Below are positions 59,901 through 64,000 of a stretch of DNA of 64,000 nt, one piece after another. The stretch is taken from NCBI GenBank assembly GCA_964035545.1, contig OZ037767.1:19980628-20044627 (forward strand), read 5' to 3'. The notes beneath the pieces are model-generated. The model was given only the letters and a program-made list of their open reading frames with translations. It made no database searches and was not told where the DNA came from. This stretch comes from Bugula neritina. Lineage: Eukaryota; Animalia; Bryozoa. Position 1 is the first letter of the stretch. Each line of letters opens with the position of its first letter. A program made the translations under genes and the position numbers.

Positions 59901-62285
59901 TAAATTTGAATATATGACTATATACACTCATCAATCTGCCATGCATCATCTTTTTTCCTGTAGATAGCGGTCTTGCAAAGTTACAAGGCAGATCCAATAT
60001 TGAATGTTAGACCACCAGGCCCCGATTACGCTATTATTTCCGTACAGTATCATGTACAGGATTATAACAGGTAACTCACTGGCACTAAGCTGCAATGTAG
60101 CAGAGGCTTTAGCCAAGAAGGCACAAAATTAGTTTAGCAATTTTGATTTATTTAGCTTAATAGTTTGAAAGTTTTAAACCTACTCTTTTCTTTTAATTTA
60201 GCTACACTTTTTTGAAACTTGACTTGTTTTCGTTGGCTCTTTAACTTCAACTCATCATTGCACCAGACAGTTAGTGCATTTTAATTTACAGGAAATCGTT
60301 ACCGGAAGTCAGACTATACCCTTCAGTAAATGCTCTAGTGACCGACTTGAGTCATGATTCTCATGTACAGAGGGTGGATGTAAACTCTACATTAAACAAG
60401 AGGTACTTCAGAGATGACACCGAATTATTGGTATCTTCTAAGACAATTACTGGTGAAGTCAGTGGGCTGACTAAAATGACAACTAGATTAGCTGATGATG
60501 AAATGGGTAGATTATTTTACAGCGCAGTTGATAAACCAAGTAGTAGGACTAGTGGACCAGCTAGTAGTAGGACTAGTGGGCCAGCTAGTAGTAGGACCAG
60601 TTGGCCAGCTAGCAGTAGGGCTAGTGGGCCAGCTAGTAGTTGGACTAGCGGATCAGCTAGTAGTAGGACCAGTGGACCAGCTAGTAGTAGGGCTAGTGGG
60701 TCAGCTAGTAGTAGAACTAGTGGGCGAGCTAGTAGTAGGACTAGTGGACCTGCTGATATTACGAATCGAGGACTAGATGATATCTGTATCGGTAAAAGTC
60801 AAACCCTTATAAGTGGAAGCAGCAGGGGAAAGGCTCTAATAATTTGTAATAACTTGAAGTTATTAGCTGAGGCCACAGAGCACGACAAAAACATCTCACA
60901 AAGCCGGAAAGAAACTCTGCCAATTGCTCAGAAGGTTCTGGCCGACCATTTGGGGCTTCGTGTAAGTTGATTACTGGTTGCAATGGGATAAATACAGAAC
61001 TTTTTAAAAAACATTCAAACTAGTTACCTGCTTTGATCAAATTAAAAGTAGATGGCTGCATTAATGTGGCTAGTTATTGTCCACAGCATTTCTTTTTTAT
61101 TATTGTCAAGTGAAATAAGTGGTTATTGGGATTCTAACTTTGTCCTATTTTTTACAGGTGGAAGTCAAACAAGATTTGACAGCTCAAGAAATTCTCAGTT
61201 CAATTTTAAGTTTCTGTGACTCAAATAAACACGGATTGATGGCTGCTTTAGTTATTCTATCTCATGGTAAAGACGGGATGATTTATGGCAGCGATAAAAC
61301 GTCTAACTGTTCTATCCAGGATGTGATAAATTCATTTAACTCAGGATATGTAAAAGACATTCCAAAGGTAGGCGGTACTACCATAGTTTTGTGTGTACTA
61401 AATCAGTAGTTCACCGTTTACTTTCTAATAAATAATCTCTAGTTGTTGTGTTTAGTTTAAACTAGGTTTGTGCCTAATCGATGCGGTCTGGAGTATTCCC
61501 CTTGGGTCAATATGGTTTCCTGTTGTGCGTTTTAGTTGATGTTCCTGTGCTGCTGCAGAGGAGACATCTCTGCTATATACAACAGGGCTCCTCACAGCTT
61601 CGAGTCTAGTAACGAGTTTCCCTGGCCAGACAATGAGGTGAAACTTCTATATAAGCCAGCAGAGCATCCACTACCTACCTCAGAGAGAGGCCAGGAATGG
61701 AGTAGACAGACCCTCTCACCTCTCCAGCTTCCTCTGAACTGTTATGTGTGTTTCACCACTTTACCTGATAGCAGGTATGCCCTGCTTGTTTCATAACATC
61801 TGAATAAACAGCCTGACTTAAACTTGTATATTTGATTTTACTTTCAGCCCTTTTGGGTAGTCAAATTTTGAGCTAAAGTCAAGCTTACTTGTTGGAAGAA
61901 AGTTATTTGGGTTGATTTTTGTATGACTTGTACCTTTTCTTATTATTCAAAGATGTTTTCTTTCAATTTTAGATCTAAAGCTGGTAAGTTTTTCAAGTAC
62001 TTTTCTGATCATCTCTCTCAACTCACCACATGTGAATCTCATCAAGTGACTGCAAAGGAAGGCAGAACCAACACATCAACAGCTCACTTTCCATCTGACA
62101 TGTCTCATGGTGGGCTTTCAGTTACTCGCTCAGTTGTTCACAGAGTAGAGCTGGTGGATTTGCTCACTGATGCAGCTGGAATACTCAGAGAAAATTCACA
62201 GTCCAAACAATGCTTTAATTTGTGTTACGCTATCAACAAAAACAGTAAAGCCATTGTGGTTGATATCCTACCTTCTGCTATGTAG
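53942..62285 (+). CDS. Ankyrin-repeat + caspase-like (peptidase C14) fusion protein, 6 coding exons, 1138 aa
   Basis: Exons 53942-55819, 59964-60070, 60292-60961, 61158-61367, 61536-61774, 61973-62285; all GT-AG with phases 0,2,0,0,2 and no internal stop (3417 nt). N-terminal TALH/TPLH ankyrin repeats; C-terminal RGKALIICNN, QDLTAQEI, ILSHG, IPKLMFLCCCRG. Confidence 0.82.
56534..57975 (-). mobile_element. R2 lineage F 5' half, uninterrupted ORF of ~460 aa, 3'-truncated in RT
   Basis: ORF 56505-57914: CCHH finger, RWTNGMLIQLAREE Myb, GAPGPDG, YRPFTV, RQKGF..DG, LRVAVID. Confidence 0.9.
58945..59006 (-). ncRNA. HDV-like ribozyme core in R2 lineage E 5' UTR (P1 5' strand missing)
   Basis: CCUCC-ACC-UCCUAGU-GGU-GAGAGUC-GG-UAA-CCCUGGGA-caccu-UCCCAGUGG-CUAA-C-GGAGG: perfect P2 (CCUCC/GGAGG), P3, P4 and J4/2 CUAA. 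Confidence 0.85.
60537..60752 (+). repeat. Coding 24-bp repeat giving (ASSRTSGP)x~8 linker
   Basis: gctagtagtaggactagtggacca unit in frame within exon 3 of the ANK-caspase gene. Confidence 0.9.
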
Positions 62286-62981
62286 ATGATATGACATTTT
62301 TTGATATGGAGTAATTTATTTATTTATAATAGGATAGGTTTTGCAATTAGATCGGTGTAGATGTATTTCTATTGTACATTTATAATGTACTTTCGGTAGC
62401 CTATATAAATAGGTATATAAATAACTTTGTTCTTATATTGGAATTTTTAACAATACTCCTTTTCCTATAAATTGTGAAGTGCATCTGAAACTAACTGAAT
62501 AAATTTGATCAGTTGTAATCATTCAGTTTGATGGGCAGGTTGTTTTTCAAGCGATGTTTTCTCTCATCAGTTTCCTGTTGTGTTGGTACCAAAATTAAAA
62601 CTTGCATTTTGATTGACAGTAAAATATATTATGGATATCATTGCAGTAAGAACAACTACAAAATTTGACAGTGGCTCGACCAAAGTGACTTTAGCAGCTA
62701 ATTGCTTACAAAAATAACATTAATTGAAATAACCATGAATATATTATATTATAGCATACTCAGGACATCATCAACTATATCATCAACTATAATAGAGATT
62801 GGTTTCTAGAGTTGTCTAAAGCCTTAGATAAAATTCTGTCATATGTGTGAGCAAAAAATTCATGTTAATAGCATCTAATTACTACTTTATATAATAATGT
62901 TGGGCTCTGTTGCTCATCTCCATAGTTTGCAGTGAATCGGAGCAAGCATTCATTGAGCAGACAATTACTACAAGGTTTATA

Positions 62982-63092
62982 TCACGTCCACATTTGATTC
63001 TGTTGCCACATGATCAATGTGGACTCGTCGGATGCCTCTATCTCGTTGTGCATATGAATCAATCCCTCGCCACCCGACACTATGAGTGATGC
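62982..63092 (-). CDS. Probable last exon of a minus-strand gene entering from beyond the window (JIP3/ARHGEF10/17-like beta-propeller tail)
   Basis: Acceptor tctttcacag then ASLIVSGGEGLIHMHNEIEASDESTLIMWQQNQMWT*; resembles the LVxSGGEG...LIxWQ tail. Confidence 0.5.
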   Translation of the reverse strand, partial: ASLIVSGGEGLIHMHNEIEASDESTLIMWQQNQMWT

Positions 63093-63587
63093 CTGTGAAA
63101 GACAATAATACATGCATACAATAAAAGACAGTAATACATACATACTATCTAGCACCATAGTATACAATACAGTATAAATAGAATGGGGGGGGCTGGTAGA
63201 GTGAAAATAGCATAAAACTCCTTTGGCTAAATTAAAAATCTACAAACACTGGGTACATTACATTTTTAAGTTATTAAGTACATTAACCCCAAGGCCCAAA
63301 GCAAAATTATAACTCAACTGTGAGAATACCAAAACTTTTAGCTTTTTTGAATTTATTATTTATAACAGCTCAATAAAGGGAGCCAAAATAGCTTTTTATC
63401 AAAGGTGATGGGACGAGGAGCAAACTATAAAGCAGATGTGAGTATATTGACATAACAAAGCTATGTATGGTTGTTTGTTAATAAAGTAGCATTTCCCATA
63501 CTACCTTGTATACAACACTATGTTTCTACAACAAATATACATGCCAAATCATGTACCAACAATATTAGTAAATATATATATGAAAGA

Positions 63588-63790
63588 AGGAGCAGTGGTC
63601 TAGGGGTTTATAGCGCTGGCATATTACACTCAAAACCATGGATTTAATCTCCAGTAAAGGCAATTGGTGATGTTAGGAAGAGCATCCAGTCATAATTGCT
63701 CTTGTACCATAATTGCTCCTATGAATAAATCCTTAGTCCGCTTTAAAAAACAACCCATTCTAGATCAGGGTTTCTCACAGTGACTATAAA
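63588..63790 (+). mobile_element. Degenerate tRNA-derived SINE
   Basis: A-box-like gtggtctaggg, decayed B box, followed by a ttaggaagagcatccagtc segment typical of metazoan SINE central domains. Confidence 0.45.
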
Positions 63791-64000
63791 CTTGCGTGAG
63801 TTATTAGTAATACATACGAAGCATGTGTGATTTTATACAAAACTGCATTCAGTAGAGACTAGAGATAATGTTTGGTCACTTATAGTTAATATTTTGTATA
63901 TCATACAGGATGTGGACTGTAAATAGAAACTAAACTTTTTTGGAATTAAAGTACTTCTACAAACACAAGCTAACAATTTGAAAACATTTACTAGATAATA

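Overview
AT-rich, intron-containing invertebrate-animal genomic DNA (species not identifiable from sequence alone). 1-22 kb is ordinary gene-rich DNA: the 5' end of a glutathionyl-hydroquinone-reductase-like GST (minus), a complete 8-exon DERA (minus) and, head-to-head with it, a 10-coding-exon STK33-like kinase (plus). From ~24.4 to ~59 kb is a dense patchwork of degraded transposon fragments: L2/CR1-group LINE, gypsy gag/pol pieces, piggyBac, P/THAP9, KDZ/Zisupton-like and seven pieces of R2 retrotransposons from at least four lineages. All 17 fragments I can orient lie on the minus strand, which resembles a uni-strand (flamenco-like) piRNA cluster enriched for R2 elements far from rDNA. Two R2 5' ends keep HDV-like ribozyme cores whose P1 3' strand (GAGAGUC) is complementary to the 28S rRNA sequence GACUCUC just upstream of the R2 target, yet no 28S flank is present. 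Three R2 lineages share a non-canonical Cx4C...Cx2C motif ahead of the CCHH finger and Myb domain. At 53.9-62.3 kb a spliced 1138-aa ankyrin-repeat + caspase-like gene (SHG and CCCRG motifs) carries nested R2 copies in intron 1. All exon and element calls were made by eye; no database searches were run.
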